64,000 nt of DNA from an uncultured Bacilli bacterium (GCA_910580135.1 CAJTXC010000001.1:2425-66424); one strand, 5' to 3'; positions 20,314 through 30,787 are shown, numbered from the stretch's first letter. Numbers and translations are program-made. Notes: generated by a model from the sequence alone, not told the origin.

Positions 20314-20775
20314 ATGGCAAAGAAAATTATAATTCCAGGTAGACTTCATGCTGGTACTACTGAACAAATAGTTACTGGCTCTAATGAAGTCTTTGATGAT
20401 AAGAGAAACAAAACTCAAGAAGCTGTAAATGATGAGCTTTATGAAACTCAAGAAGTTGCTAATAAAGCTGCTGCTGAGTCTAAATACTATAATGAGCTTA
20501 CTCAAAAAGCTATTGAGGGAATGACTGTTACAGAACAAGAAGTTCTTAAATATTCTCAAGATGTTGTTAAACACGGTAGAGCTATAGAAAAGATTGCAGA
20601 ACAACTTGGTTCTATATATGATAATGATGGTAGAGAAGAAGATGACGAATATCATGGTGGTATTAAACTTAAGCCTATAGAAGAATCAGAAATGGATGTT
20701 ATTCTAGGAGCTGGCACTGCTGCTGATGATACAGTTTATCTTGTTCTTGAACCTGAAACAACTGATAATACTTAA
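20314..20775 (+). CDS. hypothetical protein
   Basis: 153 aa, acidic C-terminus. Confidence 0.4.
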   Translation: MAKKIIIPGRLHAGTTEQIVTGSNEVFDDKRNKTQEAVNDELYETQEVANKAAAESKYYNELTQKAIEGMTVTEQEVLKYSQDVVKHGRAIEKIAEQLGSIYDNDGREEDDEYHGGIKLKPIEESEMDVILGAGTAADDTVYLVLEPETTDNT

Positions 20776-20777
20776 TT

Positions 20778-20936
20778 ATGAGTATATTTGTAAAAGATAG
20801 AGAAATAGATGGTGCTTACTTTGGAAATCGTGTTATCTCTGCTATTTATAAAGGTGGTAGAATAATATGGGAAGCATCTATTCGTTTATGGAAAGGTAAA
20901 CGAGTTTGGAAAAATAAAGCTAAATGGAAGTATTAA
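20778..20936 (+). CDS. small basic protein (52 aa; below the ORF-track cutoff)
   Basis: ATG at 20778, TAA at 20934-20936; MSIFVKDREIDGAYFGNRVISAIYKGGRIIWEASIRLWKGKRVWKNKAKWKY; fills an otherwise non-coding gap between two tail genes. Confidence 0.3.
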   Translation: MSIFVKDREIDGAYFGNRVISAIYKGGRIIWEASIRLWKGKRVWKNKAKWKY

Positions 20937-20961
20937 TATTAATGTTTAATTTTATACTTAT

Positions 20962-23900
20962 ATGATTTATAACAAAGGTGAAGAACATATGGATAATCCT
21001 ATTCCTGTAACTGAGGAAAATTTAGGATTTAACACTCCTTGGGAAGGTCATACTTCTAAAGAGATTGAAAGTTATGTATGTTCTGTTTTTGAAAAACTAT
21101 CTGAAAGTTCATCTGCACGATTTACTCTCACTCTTGTAGATGGAAATCTTATTAACTTTGTTGATGGAGTAGATAACATTGTATTCCGATATAAAGTTAA
21201 GTATGCTTCTTCTGAAGAAGTCTTTAATACGTATCGTTTGAGCATTACAGTTAATGGTCAGATTATTCAAGATGGTTATCAGTCTTCTTCTGAAGATGAA
21301 ATTCTAACATCTCCTAATCTTGCTCAGTATCTTAATTCTACAAATGAAAGTACTGTAATAGTTCGTATTCGTGCTTACGATTTGGATGAAAACAATAATG
21401 TAATTGCACAGTCGAGTAATACTATTACATTTAACCGAGTAGTTGGTACACTTGCCCTTCAAGGTATGGTTTTTGGTGCAGTCAATCCTAATGGTATTAG
21501 ATATACTGCTGATTTTGTTCCAACTACTGCTGCTCCTGTAGCTTATCTTAGGTATAAAGTAACTCAACCTGATGGTAGTCTTGTTACATTCACAGACTCT
21601 TCTACGGGGGAGGTAAATAACTATAATGAAATTCCTGTTAGTGCTTCTGGTACTGTAACTGTTCCACTACCAGATAATCTGAGTGATGGTGTTCATACTA
21701 TAACTGCTAAATTAATTGTAGGTAAAACTCAATCTGTTGAAGGTATTTCTACTAACACAATAGTTTACAATTTCCTTACTGTTTCAGATACTGTTGCAGA
21801 TGGAACTCCATTTATTATTGTGGATAGTGTAGATAGTCCTGTTCAGAATGATTATACTCCTGTTAGATATCTTGTTTATATTAAAGGAAAAGAAGCAAGT
21901 TATACTACTCCTCTTCTTTTACAAGATTATTTTAATAATAAGTATAATACTCAAGCTATTAAGAATGTAAAAAATGGAACTATTTATACTTGGAATTATT
22001 TTGTTCCTAATCTTACATCTCTTGGAATGATTACTTGCCAACTCCGTTTTGCTCTTCCTAAAATGCAAAATGGACAAATTGTTTATAATAATAATGGTGA
22101 ACCTCAAATAGACGGTACAGCAGGCACATATAAATCTATTTCTTTTACACCTAAACCAAGTACTATTCCTTGGAATCAAATGGAAGATACATTCCATCTT
22201 TCTGTTAGAAATAAAAGTAATGACGATTATGACGTTGGTACTCTTAAAGATAATGGATATGAAATGGAATTTGAAGATTTCCAATGGAATACTTCTGGTA
22301 GTGGTTATACTCAATTAACTATTGATGGTGTTACATCTAATGTTCTTAAATTTGTAGGTAACAGTAAAGCTACTATTAAAAATTTCTTCCCGTTCTACGA
22401 TACTACTCCTTATAATGCTGCAAATTCTGTAGGTGGTGGTATTCTTGCTACAGGTCGTACTCTTAAGATTAAGTTTGCTGTATCTAATGTTTCTAATGCT
22501 GAAGCTAAAGTTATAGATTGTTATGATGATAGTAATCCTGGTATGGGTTTCTATATTACTGGTAACGGTATGTATCTTAAGTTTGTAGAAGAACTTGTAA
22601 GTAAACCTGAAGAGTATCAAACTGCATCTGGTCATAACGATAGACGTTTTAGTGAAAATAAATGTATTGAACTTTGTATTACTATTCAACCATATTGGGG
22701 TGCTGGTAATATAGAGTCTGCTCATGAAGTTCGATACTATATTAATGGTGAGCTTGCTGGTTTCCGTAAGATTGCTGCTACAACGTCTTTGAGTCAAGTT
22801 GTACCTAAAACTATATCATTTGGAGGTAAAGGTGCTATCTTGTATCTTTATGAAGTTAAATATAAGAATAAATGTATTACTCCTTTTGAAGTTCTTCAAG
22901 AATATGGTATGAGTCAAGATAGTTCTAAGGCTCTTAACAACTTCTATGAAAAGAATAGTTTTTATACTCTTCGCACTAATTCAAATGGGGAAACTTATCC
23001 TGAAATTACTCTTAAGGATGCAATTAACTATGGTAAATATTTAGCAAGCAAAGGAGTAACTGATTTTGCTGTTTTTGTTACTACTAATGATTGTAACGCT
23101 GAACGATATACTGCTAATGGTGGTAAAGCTAACACAAAAGAGTATGCTCAAGATGCTGAATCTTTATATATTTATAGATTCCGTCAAAATGAAAAAGGAG
23201 AAGGTGAAATTGACCCTGATATGACTTTCTATATCGAAGGTCATGATGATAATGAAGAACAAACTTGGTATCTAGGTGAAGAAGATGGTGAAACTAAAGG
23301 CGCTCTTCGTTTTCGCCGTCAAGGTACATCAACAGCTGATGGTACTAAAGGTAATATTCGTTGGGATGTTCGTGCAACTTGTCTTCTTCATAAGTTTAAT
23401 CCTGCTACTCAGAGATTCTTTGATGAATATACTAAGATTAAGAAAAAATGGGAAGGATTTTATATTCCTGATAAAAATGCTATTCCTTGTTTCCTTGTAA
23501 CAGCTAAAAAGAATGTTAATGAGTCTACTCATACTCGTAACGTTCCTACAGCTAAATGGTTTGAAGCTTGTTCTCGTGCTCTTGCTAAAGCAGATGAGAA
23601 ATATGAGGATATTCTTACTCCTCCTCAAAGGGCTGAATTAAAGAGTATTCAAACTGCTTATCCTAGTCTTAGTCGTTCACAGCAGATTGACAGAATTAAG
23701 ACTCGTCAAGTTATTGACGGTATTACTTCTTTAGGATTTAGAATTCAATATTCTAAAGACGCTGCTGGTAAATATCTTCCTGTTACTGACCCAACTCTTT
23801 CTACTCTTGAATGTGAATTTATAGGTCAATATGATTTGACTACTGATAAAAAGAATATGAAAATATTTGGTTTTGGTGGTCATATTGAACATAATTCAGA

Positions 23901-25827
23901 CGGTAGTTTTGATTGGGTTAAAGATACAGACGATGAAGATTTCTCTTTAGAGTATGGTAATAATACCAATCCTCTGTCTTCTTTTAAGAGTCAAAACTGG
24001 GGAACAGCTGCTGCTCGTAATGATTTTGAATATAGGTATCCTGAAGATATAGATACAATTCCTGGTCTTGGAGCTTCAAGTACTGAAACTCCTAGTATCG
24101 GACTTGAACTTGATGGTCCTATGCAAGCTCTTTATGATTTTGTTGCTACTTGTGACCCTAATAAAGAAGAAGGTATTTATTATAGGAATGGTGGTAAATA
24201 TACTGGTCAACTTCCTTTCTTAAATGGTGGACAAAATCTAATTGACCCATTTACTAAAAATCCTATTAGTCTTGGAAGTTCAGCAGATGATACTGTTGCT
24301 AACCGTAAGATTAAATTTTATAATGAACTTAAATATTACGGAGTAGTTAATCAACTTCTTATTTATTATATTGGAACTGTAGATACTCCTCTTGGTGTTG
24401 ACCAAGAAGCTAAGAATATCTTTATGGGTCGATATGGTGATAGAAAACTTTCAAGTGGAGAAATAGTTGCTGGTGATGTTATTCAAGTTAGTAATAATAT
24501 AAATAAGCTTCTTCGTATTCTTGGTTACGACTATGATACTAACTGGCGACTTGATAATAATAATAACTTTAAGTTCCTTTATACAGTTCTTTATCAAGAC
24601 CATCTTTATGATGCTGGTGGTTCTGTTCTTTGGGATTTAATCAGAGAATGCTTTGCTACTGAGATTGCTGAAATGAAGAGTCGTCTTTATGGTACTCTAC
24701 TTTCTAAATCAGTAATTAACAATAACGGAGATATAACGAATGGTGTTCTTTATTATCTATTTACTAAACATATAGATAATTATAACTCTATTCAATATAA
24801 TGCTAACTCTGAATTCTGTTATACTTCCAAAGCAAGTGATTATCCTAAATCTCACGGTTCAGCTCGTGAAGATATTGAATGGTTTGTAGATGGTCGTCTG
24901 AGATTTGTATCTGGTCTTGATTTTAATCCTGATAAAAACAGTAATGATACAAGTTCAGACTTTGGTAAAGGACGTTTCTATGGAACTCCTACTCTGCCTG
25001 CTAACCTTGATGACGGTAATTACTACAATATGTTAGGATATACTAAAGATGAAATTGGTTCTAATGGTAGTCCTATAACTCCTGTAGTTAGTAAAGAAAA
25101 TAGATTTGCTGTTACTGTAACTGCATATGAACGTACTAATTTGGCATTTGCTAAAGGTCGTCCTGCAAGTACATTTAATAGTGTATTTATTAATGTAACT
25201 CCTACTGTAGTAAACGGTATTATAACAGGTTACACTCGTCCTGAAGTCACTCTTAAAGCTAAAGAATTTTATAATCCTGGCATTTCTGATGCTGCTGTTT
25301 ATCTTCATGGTTGTAAACAAATTAAGACTATTGTAGGTCTTGAGAAATGGTATCTTGAAACTATTAACTCTTGGGGTGATTTAACTAATGTTGAAGAACT
25401 TAATCTTGGTAGTCTTGATGAAATTACTCTTCCTGATGGTACAAAAGCAGCTTACAAAAATCCGAATTTAACTTCGCTTAACTTGGTTGCTGACGGAAAA
25501 CCTGTTATATTTGGGTCTTGTAAAAAGCTAAATCTTGCAGGTATTTCTAATATGACTCAAGTATCTCTTCTTGAATTTCCAGTTCTTGAAGTATTTGAAG
25601 GTCGTAATATGCCTGGTACTTCTGAAGTTGTACATCCTGTAGGAAATAGTCTTAGTGAAGCAAATTATGGAGATGGTCTTACTAAATGGGAAATAAGTAA
25701 TAAGCCAAATCTTGAAATTATTACTTTCCAAAGTATAGATGATATAAATACAATCAGTGTTACTCAATCTTCACAAACTGCTTCTGTTAAAGCAATTAAT
25801 ATGCTTATAGAACTTGTTAATAATTAA
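20962..25827 (+). CDS. large tail/receptor-binding-module protein
   Basis: 1621 aa immediately upstream of the DGR target gene; contains a GC-motif copy. Confidence 0.4.
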   Translation: MIYNKGEEHMDNPIPVTEENLGFNTPWEGHTSKEIESYVCSVFEKLSESSSARFTLTLVDGNLINFVDGVDNIVFRYKVKYASSEEVFNTYRLSITVNGQIIQDGYQSSSEDEILTSPNLAQYLNSTNESTVIVRIRAYDLDENNNVIAQSSNTITFNRVVGTLALQGMVFGAVNPNGIRYTADFVPTTAAPVAYLRYKVTQPDGSLVTFTDSSTGEVNNYNEIPVSASGTVTVPLPDNLSDGVHTITAKLIVGKTQSVEGISTNTIVYNFLTVSDTVADGTPFIIVDSVDSPVQNDYTPVRYLVYIKGKEASYTTPLLLQDYFNNKYNTQAIKNVKNGTIYTWNYFVPNLTSLGMITCQLRFALPKMQNGQIVYNNNGEPQIDGTAGTYKSISFTPKPSTIPWNQMEDTFHLSVRNKSNDDYDVGTLKDNGYEMEFEDFQWNTSGSGYTQLTIDGVTSNVLKFVGNSKATIKNFFPFYDTTPYNAANSVGGGILATGRTLKIKFAVSNVSNAEAKVIDCYDDSNPGMGFYITGNGMYLKFVEELVSKPEEYQTASGHNDRRFSENKCIELCITIQPYWGAGNIESAHEVRYYINGELAGFRKIAATTSLSQVVPKTISFGGKGAILYLYEVKYKNKCITPFEVLQEYGMSQDSSKALNNFYEKNSFYTLRTNSNGETYPEITLKDAINYGKYLASKGVTDFAVFVTTNDCNAERYTANGGKANTKEYAQDAESLYIYRFRQNEKGEGEIDPDMTFYIEGHDDNEEQTWYLGEEDGETKGALRFRRQGTSTADGTKGNIRWDVRATCLLHKFNPATQRFFDEYTKIKKKWEGFYIPDKNAIPCFLVTAKKNVNESTHTRNVPTAKWFEACSRALAKADEKYEDILTPPQRAELKSIQTAYPSLSRSQQIDRIKTRQVIDGITSLGFRIQYSKDAAGKYLPVTDPTLSTLECEFIGQYDLTTDKKNMKIFGFGGHIEHNSDGSFDWVKDTDDEDFSLEYGNNTNPLSSFKSQNWGTAAARNDFEYRYPEDIDTIPGLGASSTETPSIGLELDGPMQALYDFVATCDPNKEEGIYYRNGGKYTGQLPFLNGGQNLIDPFTKNPISLGSSADDTVANRKIKFYNELKYYGVVNQLLIYYIGTVDTPLGVDQEAKNIFMGRYGDRKLSSGEIVAGDVIQVSNNINKLLRILGYDYDTNWRLDNNNNFKFLYTVLYQDHLYDAGGSVLWDLIRECFATEIAEMKSRLYGTLLSKSVINNNGDITNGVLYYLFTKHIDNYNSIQYNANSEFCYTSKASDYPKSHGSAREDIEWFVDGRLRFVSGLDFNPDKNSNDTSSDFGKGRFYGTPTLPANLDDGNYYNMLGYTKDEIGSNGSPITPVVSKENRFAVTVTAYERTNLAFAKGRPASTFNSVFINVTPTVVNGIITGYTRPEVTLKAKEFYNPGISDAAVYLHGCKQIKTIVGLEKWYLETINSWGDLTNVEELNLGSLDEITLPDGTKAAYKNPNLTSLNLVADGKPVIFGSCKKLNLAGISNMTQVSLLEFPVLEVFEGRNMPGTSEVVHPVGNSLSEANYGDGLTKWEISNKPNLEIITFQSIDDINTISVTQSSQTASVKAINMLIELVNN
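21597..21618 (+). repeat. GC-motif copy 7 (CTCTTCTACGGGGGAGGTAAAT)
   Basis: inside ORF 20962..25827, read as SSTGEVN. Confidence 0.8.
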
Positions 25828-25834
25828 TCAAAAC

Positions 25835-28090
25835 ATGGCATTACAAAACTTTACTTGGAACAATGGGACTCAAAGTAGTCCTATTGTTCTATCCTTTGAA
25901 CAAATTGCAGCTCTCTCTGCTGCTGGTAAAAATCCTGATATTACTACAGATATTGGCGGATTTATTACAACGAATAGTCATAAAATTCAAAAGTTTCTTA
26001 AACTTTCTCTTGAAGAGCAATTTCCTAAACTTACGGTTGTTGTCGATGAAGAACTTGCTGATACTTTTGGAGTTAATGTTAGTAATCCTAATATAAATGA
26101 AGGAAGTTCTATCCCTATTAATATAACTGGAGATTCTGGTATTACTCATGATTATCTTCTTTGGAATCTTAATTATAAGAGTGTAACAATAGATGGAGAT
26201 ATATCTGAAGCTATTATCAAATCTCGTATTCATATTACTAATGGACAAATAGTAGTAGATGACCCTCAAGAAAATGCTAGTTGGCAAGTTGTACTTGAGA
26301 TTACTGCTTATCCTAGTTATTATGAAGGAACTAATCTTTCTTCTATTCCTGAATCTAGTCGTCCTAGCTTTACTGTAGCTATAAATGCTAAAGCTATTAC
26401 AGCAATTACTGCTACAACTAAAGAAGAAATTCCTATTAATTCTAGTGTAGAAATAAAAGTAACTCCTACTCCTTCTGATTCTACTAAACTTAAAGGAGCA
26501 ACTTACACTTATACTACGAGCACTCCTAATACAGTGTTTTGTGCTGGTGATTATATTAGAACTCAAGGAAATTCAGGTGCAGGTGTTGTTACTGTAAATC
26601 TTAATACCTGTGGTGGTAAAGTTAAACTTAATACTACAGTTAATTTTACAGTATATGATTTACGTCCTATGACTTTCATTATAGACCAAAGGTATCTTTC
26701 TAATCTTAGTGACCCTGTTGGAATGGTATCTGAAAACTGTATTCTTAATGCAGATGGTAGTCTTACTAGTATTTCTAATACAGGTAAAGATGGTAATCCT
26801 AACAACAATACTCTTACTTGGATTAGGCAAAATACTCATGCTTTTGTTAGTCGCTATATGGGTTTTTCTGGTCTTAGACTTAAACAACTTAGCGATACTA
26901 CAAGAAAGAAATTTGCTGATGGTACAAGTTCTGTAGACTATATATCTAACGAAAGCGGAGAATTTGACGTTTTCCTTAAATTTGGTAGTGATATTTTCTA
27001 TAAAACCGAAGCATTTACTCCTCAAGGACAAGCTAATCCTAATGTAGATTATGTTGCTGTTACTATAGCAAAAGAACTTTCTGAAGGAGAAAGTGAAGCT
27101 AATTGGGTTAAATGGAGTCAATATAAACTTATTGGAGTTTATCCTGCTTGTCAAATTGGTAATAAACTTTATAGTCTATCAGGAAAACGTTCTGTAAATA
27201 ATATTTCACAAACTAATAGTATAGCTAGAGCTAAAGCTCGTGGAACTAATTTTAATATTTGTGATTATGATATGACTAAATTATTTGCTTTCTTATTCTA
27301 TGGATATTATAGTTCTTTAGGATGTCAGCAAATATGCGGTTATGGTACTTCTAATCTTGTAAATAATGTTTATTATCCTAAGATTACAGGTGGTACTGAC
27401 GAACTTGCTATGACAGATACTGATACCACTACTGGTAATGGTGCTGCTACTCCTGATTCTGACCAAATTAAAGCAGGTACTGGTTCTGATATTAAATCGG
27501 TTAACTTCTGGGGTCTTGAAAAATGTTGGGGAGATTTATCTGAGTGGATTTCTAATCTTAGAGTTATGGAAGCTGCTCGTCCTGAAAGTAACAATACTCC
27601 AAATGTATCTGATTATATAGCTGATTATCTTGATGAGTATATTAGTATAACTATTACTAAACAAGATGGTACAGATGTAACTTATACTTCTAAAGCAGAT
27701 TTCCTTGCAGCTTATGATAATCCTGCTTCTCGATTCTTAGCTATTACTGATAAGAACAATGTAATTGTTCGAGCTATTGATGTAGGTAAAACTGCTAATA
27801 GTGAAGGATATATTAAAAAGATGATTTTTGGTAAGCACGCGGATATTATTGCAAAAGAGTATAATAATGGCGCTGGAGCTGATACTGGTTTTTGTGATTA
27901 TGGTCGCGTTAGTTCTGCTGGTCGTGTTGCGCTTCGGTCTGATTATTCCGCTAGTCCTGCTGGTGGGGTTGGTTGTCTCCATGCTTGGGCTGCGGCTGGT
28001 AGTGCTTATTCGTATGTCGGTGCTCGTTTGCTTTATGACGGAGATGAGAATACTGTTTATATTATAAACGACGCAACAGAAACTCTTTAA
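25835..28090 (+). CDS. DGR target protein (tail-fibre-like) with a C-terminal variable region
   Basis: ATG at 25835 (the track's 25814 start is a TTG); the 3' 135 bp match the downstream TR with adenine-specific mismatches; the VR ends 18 codons before the stop, as in C-type-lectin-fold DGR targets. Confidence 0.7.
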   Translation: MALQNFTWNNGTQSSPIVLSFEQIAALSAAGKNPDITTDIGGFITTNSHKIQKFLKLSLEEQFPKLTVVVDEELADTFGVNVSNPNINEGSSIPINITGDSGITHDYLLWNLNYKSVTIDGDISEAIIKSRIHITNGQIVVDDPQENASWQVVLEITAYPSYYEGTNLSSIPESSRPSFTVAINAKAITAITATTKEEIPINSSVEIKVTPTPSDSTKLKGATYTYTTSTPNTVFCAGDYIRTQGNSGAGVVTVNLNTCGGKVKLNTTVNFTVYDLRPMTFIIDQRYLSNLSDPVGMVSENCILNADGSLTSISNTGKDGNPNNNTLTWIRQNTHAFVSRYMGFSGLRLKQLSDTTRKKFADGTSSVDYISNESGEFDVFLKFGSDIFYKTEAFTPQGQANPNVDYVAVTIAKELSEGESEANWVKWSQYKLIGVYPACQIGNKLYSLSGKRSVNNISQTNSIARAKARGTNFNICDYDMTKLFAFLFYGYYSSLGCQQICGYGTSNLVNNVYYPKITGGTDELAMTDTDTTTGNGAATPDSDQIKAGTGSDIKSVNFWGLEKCWGDLSEWISNLRVMEAARPESNNTPNVSDYIADYLDEYISITITKQDGTDVTYTSKADFLAAYDNPASRFLAITDKNNVIVRAIDVGKTANSEGYIKKMIFGKHADIIAKEYNNGAGADTGFCDYGRVSSAGRVALRSDYSASPAGGVGCLHAWAAAGSAYSYVGARLLYDGDENTVYIINDATETL
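27900..28034 (+). repeat. DGR variable region (VR)
   Basis: 135-bp match to 28182-28316 at a constant offset of 282 with no indels; 35 mismatches, every one at a TR adenine, none elsewhere; locally GC-rich because A is replaced by G/C. Confidence 0.85.
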
Positions 28091-28181
28091 GATATAATTA
28101 ATAAAGGTAAGATTGGTCTATATAATGATAGGTATTTCTAACACAAGATACGAGGTAATGGACTTGCTTAGTTAAAAAGAG

Positions 28182-28316
28182 ATAGTAACGTTAATTCTAC
28201 TAGTAATGTTGCACATCAGTCTAATAATTCCACTAATCCTAATAGTGGAGTTAGTTGTCTCAATACTTGGAATACAGCTAGTAATACTAATTCGAATATC
28301 AGTACTCGTTTACTTT
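28182..28316 (+). repeat. DGR template repeat (TR)
   Basis: adenine-rich cognate of the VR; encodes AAY (Asn) codons at the diversified positions; followed by a 170-nt spacer and the RT gene. Confidence 0.85.
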
Positions 28317-28488
28317 CCTGTTGGTTCAACAGAACGTTGATATAATTATTGTAGTAAACATAATCTTACCTCACCTCTTGGTGGAAAATAAAGTATGGGT
28401 TAGTAAGTATAGTAAAAGTTCACTTGAAACTGATGAAGTTAGAAAAGAACTTTCAGGTAAAGAAAGCCGGTGACCAACAGAAATTAAA

Positions 28489-29742
28489 ATGAAGATTTAT
28501 AGAAATCTTTGGGATAAAATTGTAACCTTTGAAAACTTTAAGCTTGCTTATAAAAATGCTACTAAAGGTAAAAAGCATTATAAAGAAGTTAAGATTATTG
28601 AAAGAAAAGGTGTTAACCGTTATCTTCGTAAACTACTTGAAGAAGTAAAAGGTAAAACTTATAAAGTTTCTGCTTACGATATATTTACTCGTTTTACTGG
28701 AGAAAAGTATAGAGAGATATATCGTCTGCCAATGAAAGATAGAATTGTTCAACACGCTCTTATGGTTATCATAGAGCCTATCTTTAGAGAAACTTTTATT
28801 AAAGATACTTATTCTTCAATTAAAGGTAGAGGGATACATAATGGTTTAAAAGCTATTAAAAGAATTGTTAAATCTCGCAAGTATAGATATTATCTTAAGA
28901 TTGATGTACATAAATGTTATCCGTCTCTTGATAAAGAAATATTAAAAGCTAAACTTGCTCGTAAATTTCATGATAATGATTTACTTTGGTTATTATTTAC
29001 TATTATAGATAGTTGCGATAAAGGAGTTCCTATTGGCAATTATACTTCTCAATATTTTAATAACTTTTATTTTAGTGATTTAGCACATTACTTAAAAGAA
29101 GAGTTAGGTTTAGATACTATTTGGTATTGTGATGATTTAGTTGTCTTTGGTGATGATAAAGATAAACTCCGTGAAGTTTTAAATACTATTAATAGAAAAA
29201 TGACATTACTTAATGTTCGTATCAAAGAAAACTATCAAATATATAATATAGAAATTCGTAGTGTGGATATGCTTGGTTATAAAACAAGACCTGATTATAT
29301 TCTTATTAGAAAGAATACTAAAAAGCGTTTTATAGCTAAAGTTTCCAAAATGGATTTTAATAATCTTACTAAGAAAGATATAAATACACTTGGTAGTTAT
29401 TGGGGAATATTTTGTCATGCTGATTGTAGACATCTTTGGTTTAAATATACTGGTGTGAAAACATTTAAAGAACTTAATATTAACGTTCATAAACGAGATT
29501 TTGTTAAAGATTTACTTGGAGTCAAACTTGAAATTAAAAGTTGTATGTGCTTTAGTAAACGTGGTCAAGAATGGCTAAGAATTGAATGTTGTTATAATAT
29601 AAATGGAGAACAACATGATAATGTTTATATAAGTACAAGTGCTGAAAAACTTGTTGAAGCAGGTAAACAACTTAATGCAAGTATGTTTCCTTTTGAAACT
29701 AAAATAATCGTTGATGATAAAGGTTTTTATGAATTTACTTAA
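28489..29742 (+). CDS. DGR reverse transcriptase
   Basis: 417 aa; KDRIVQHAL (RT motif 1/2), IGNYTSQYFNNFY (the DGR-type replacement of QGxxxSP; nt 29032-29052) and WYCDDLVVFGDD (YxDD, nt 29125-29136). Confidence 0.85.
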   Translation: MKIYRNLWDKIVTFENFKLAYKNATKGKKHYKEVKIIERKGVNRYLRKLLEEVKGKTYKVSAYDIFTRFTGEKYREIYRLPMKDRIVQHALMVIIEPIFRETFIKDTYSSIKGRGIHNGLKAIKRIVKSRKYRYYLKIDVHKCYPSLDKEILKAKLARKFHDNDLLWLLFTIIDSCDKGVPIGNYTSQYFNNFYFSDLAHYLKEELGLDTIWYCDDLVVFGDDKDKLREVLNTINRKMTLLNVRIKENYQIYNIEIRSVDMLGYKTRPDYILIRKNTKKRFIAKVSKMDFNNLTKKDINTLGSYWGIFCHADCRHLWFKYTGVKTFKELNINVHKRDFVKDLLGVKLEIKSCMCFSKRGQEWLRIECCYNINGEQHDNVYISTSAEKLVEAGKQLNASMFPFETKIIVDDKGFYEFT

Positions 29743-29754
29743 ATTGAAAATAAT

Positions 29755-30303
29755 ATGCGTTGGATAAATATTAAAAGTGAAGAACTTGTTGGACTTGAAT
29801 GTATTAATCCGAAAAACGATAAATATATTCTTAGACTATCTCCTAATTCTAAGAATATAGTTCAAGATGAACAAGATAGTAATGATACAAGGATTGTGTC
29901 AATAATTGTTAATAATAAGCCGTCAATAAATGATATTAAAAAACATTTGTTATATTTGCAAAAAGAATATGATAAAACTTCTGAAGTAGATTGTTTTATA
30001 CTTAATGGTAAAAAAGTTTGGATAGATAAAAATACTCGTATTGGACTTTTCAAACTTCTTGATATAGAAAAACAATCTAATACAGAAACTACTATTCTTT
30101 GGTTTAATACTACATCTATAGAAATAGAAGTTGATAAAGCTATTACACTTCTTACTACTGTAGAAAAATATGCTAAACAATGTTATGATAATACGCAAAA
30201 ACATTATGCTGAAATAAATCAACTTAGTTCTATAGAAGCTTGTTTACAATATGATATTACCGCAGGTTATCCTGCTATTTTAAATATTACATTAACAGAT
30301 TAA
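29755..30303 (+). CDS. hypothetical protein immediately downstream of the DGR RT
   Basis: 182 aa; no Avd-like features. Confidence 0.4.
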   Translation: MRWINIKSEELVGLECINPKNDKYILRLSPNSKNIVQDEQDSNDTRIVSIIVNNKPSINDIKKHLLYLQKEYDKTSEVDCFILNGKKVWIDKNTRIGLFKLLDIEKQSNTETTILWFNTTSIEIEVDKAITLLTTVEKYAKQCYDNTQKHYAEINQLSSIEACLQYDITAGYPAILNITLTD

Positions 30304-30306
30304 ATT

Positions 30307-30435
30307 ATGGCAAATAAACGTAAAAGTCTTGAAACAACTAAAGGAAGAGATGTTTCTCGTAGACCTAAACCTATGGTTCTTAAAGCAGGTGCAACTCGTA
30401 AACGTACTCCTTATAAAGATGGCGGCAAAGTTTAA
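30307..30435 (+). CDS. possible small highly basic peptide (42 aa)
   Basis: ATG at 30307 to TAA at 30433-30435; MANKRKSLETTKGRDVSRRPKPMVLKAGATRKRTPYKDGGKV; cgt-rich codons; below the ORF-track cutoff. Confidence 0.2.
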   Translation: MANKRKSLETTKGRDVSRRPKPMVLKAGATRKRTPYKDGGKV

Positions 30436-30787
30436 TATACCAATGAGAATATTCGTGCTAGTAACAAAGGTAACACCTATGTTACTAGCATTATTTCATT
30501 TACTTAATACAGTATTAAGTTATTTCTATATAGAATGTATATTTCTAAATTATCTTGCAGGTATTAGTATTATAACTGTAGCTTATCTTTATTTTACAAG
30601 TTATGCTCTAAAACTTTGTGAATATTATAGAATGTTCCTACATTATTGTCTTGTATTAGATATTATAAATGCTATAGACTATTATATTACTTTACCTATT
30701 ACAGATATAAGTTTATATTTGCTATTAGTAATTATAAATATAATATTCATGTTCTTAATAATTTATTTCAAATTCTTTAAATCATGA
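30419..30787 (+). CDS. small four-helix membrane protein (holin-like candidate)
   Basis: the track ORF 30329 starts at a TTG; first in-frame ATGs are at 30350, 30419 and 30443; four hydrophobic helices, very AT-rich. Confidence 0.3.
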   Translation: MAAKFNIPMRIFVLVTKVTPMLLALFHLLNTVLSYFYIECIFLNYLAGISIITVAYLYFTSYALKLCEYYRMFLHYCLVLDIINAIDYYITLPITDISLYLLLVIINIIFMFLIIYFKFFKS

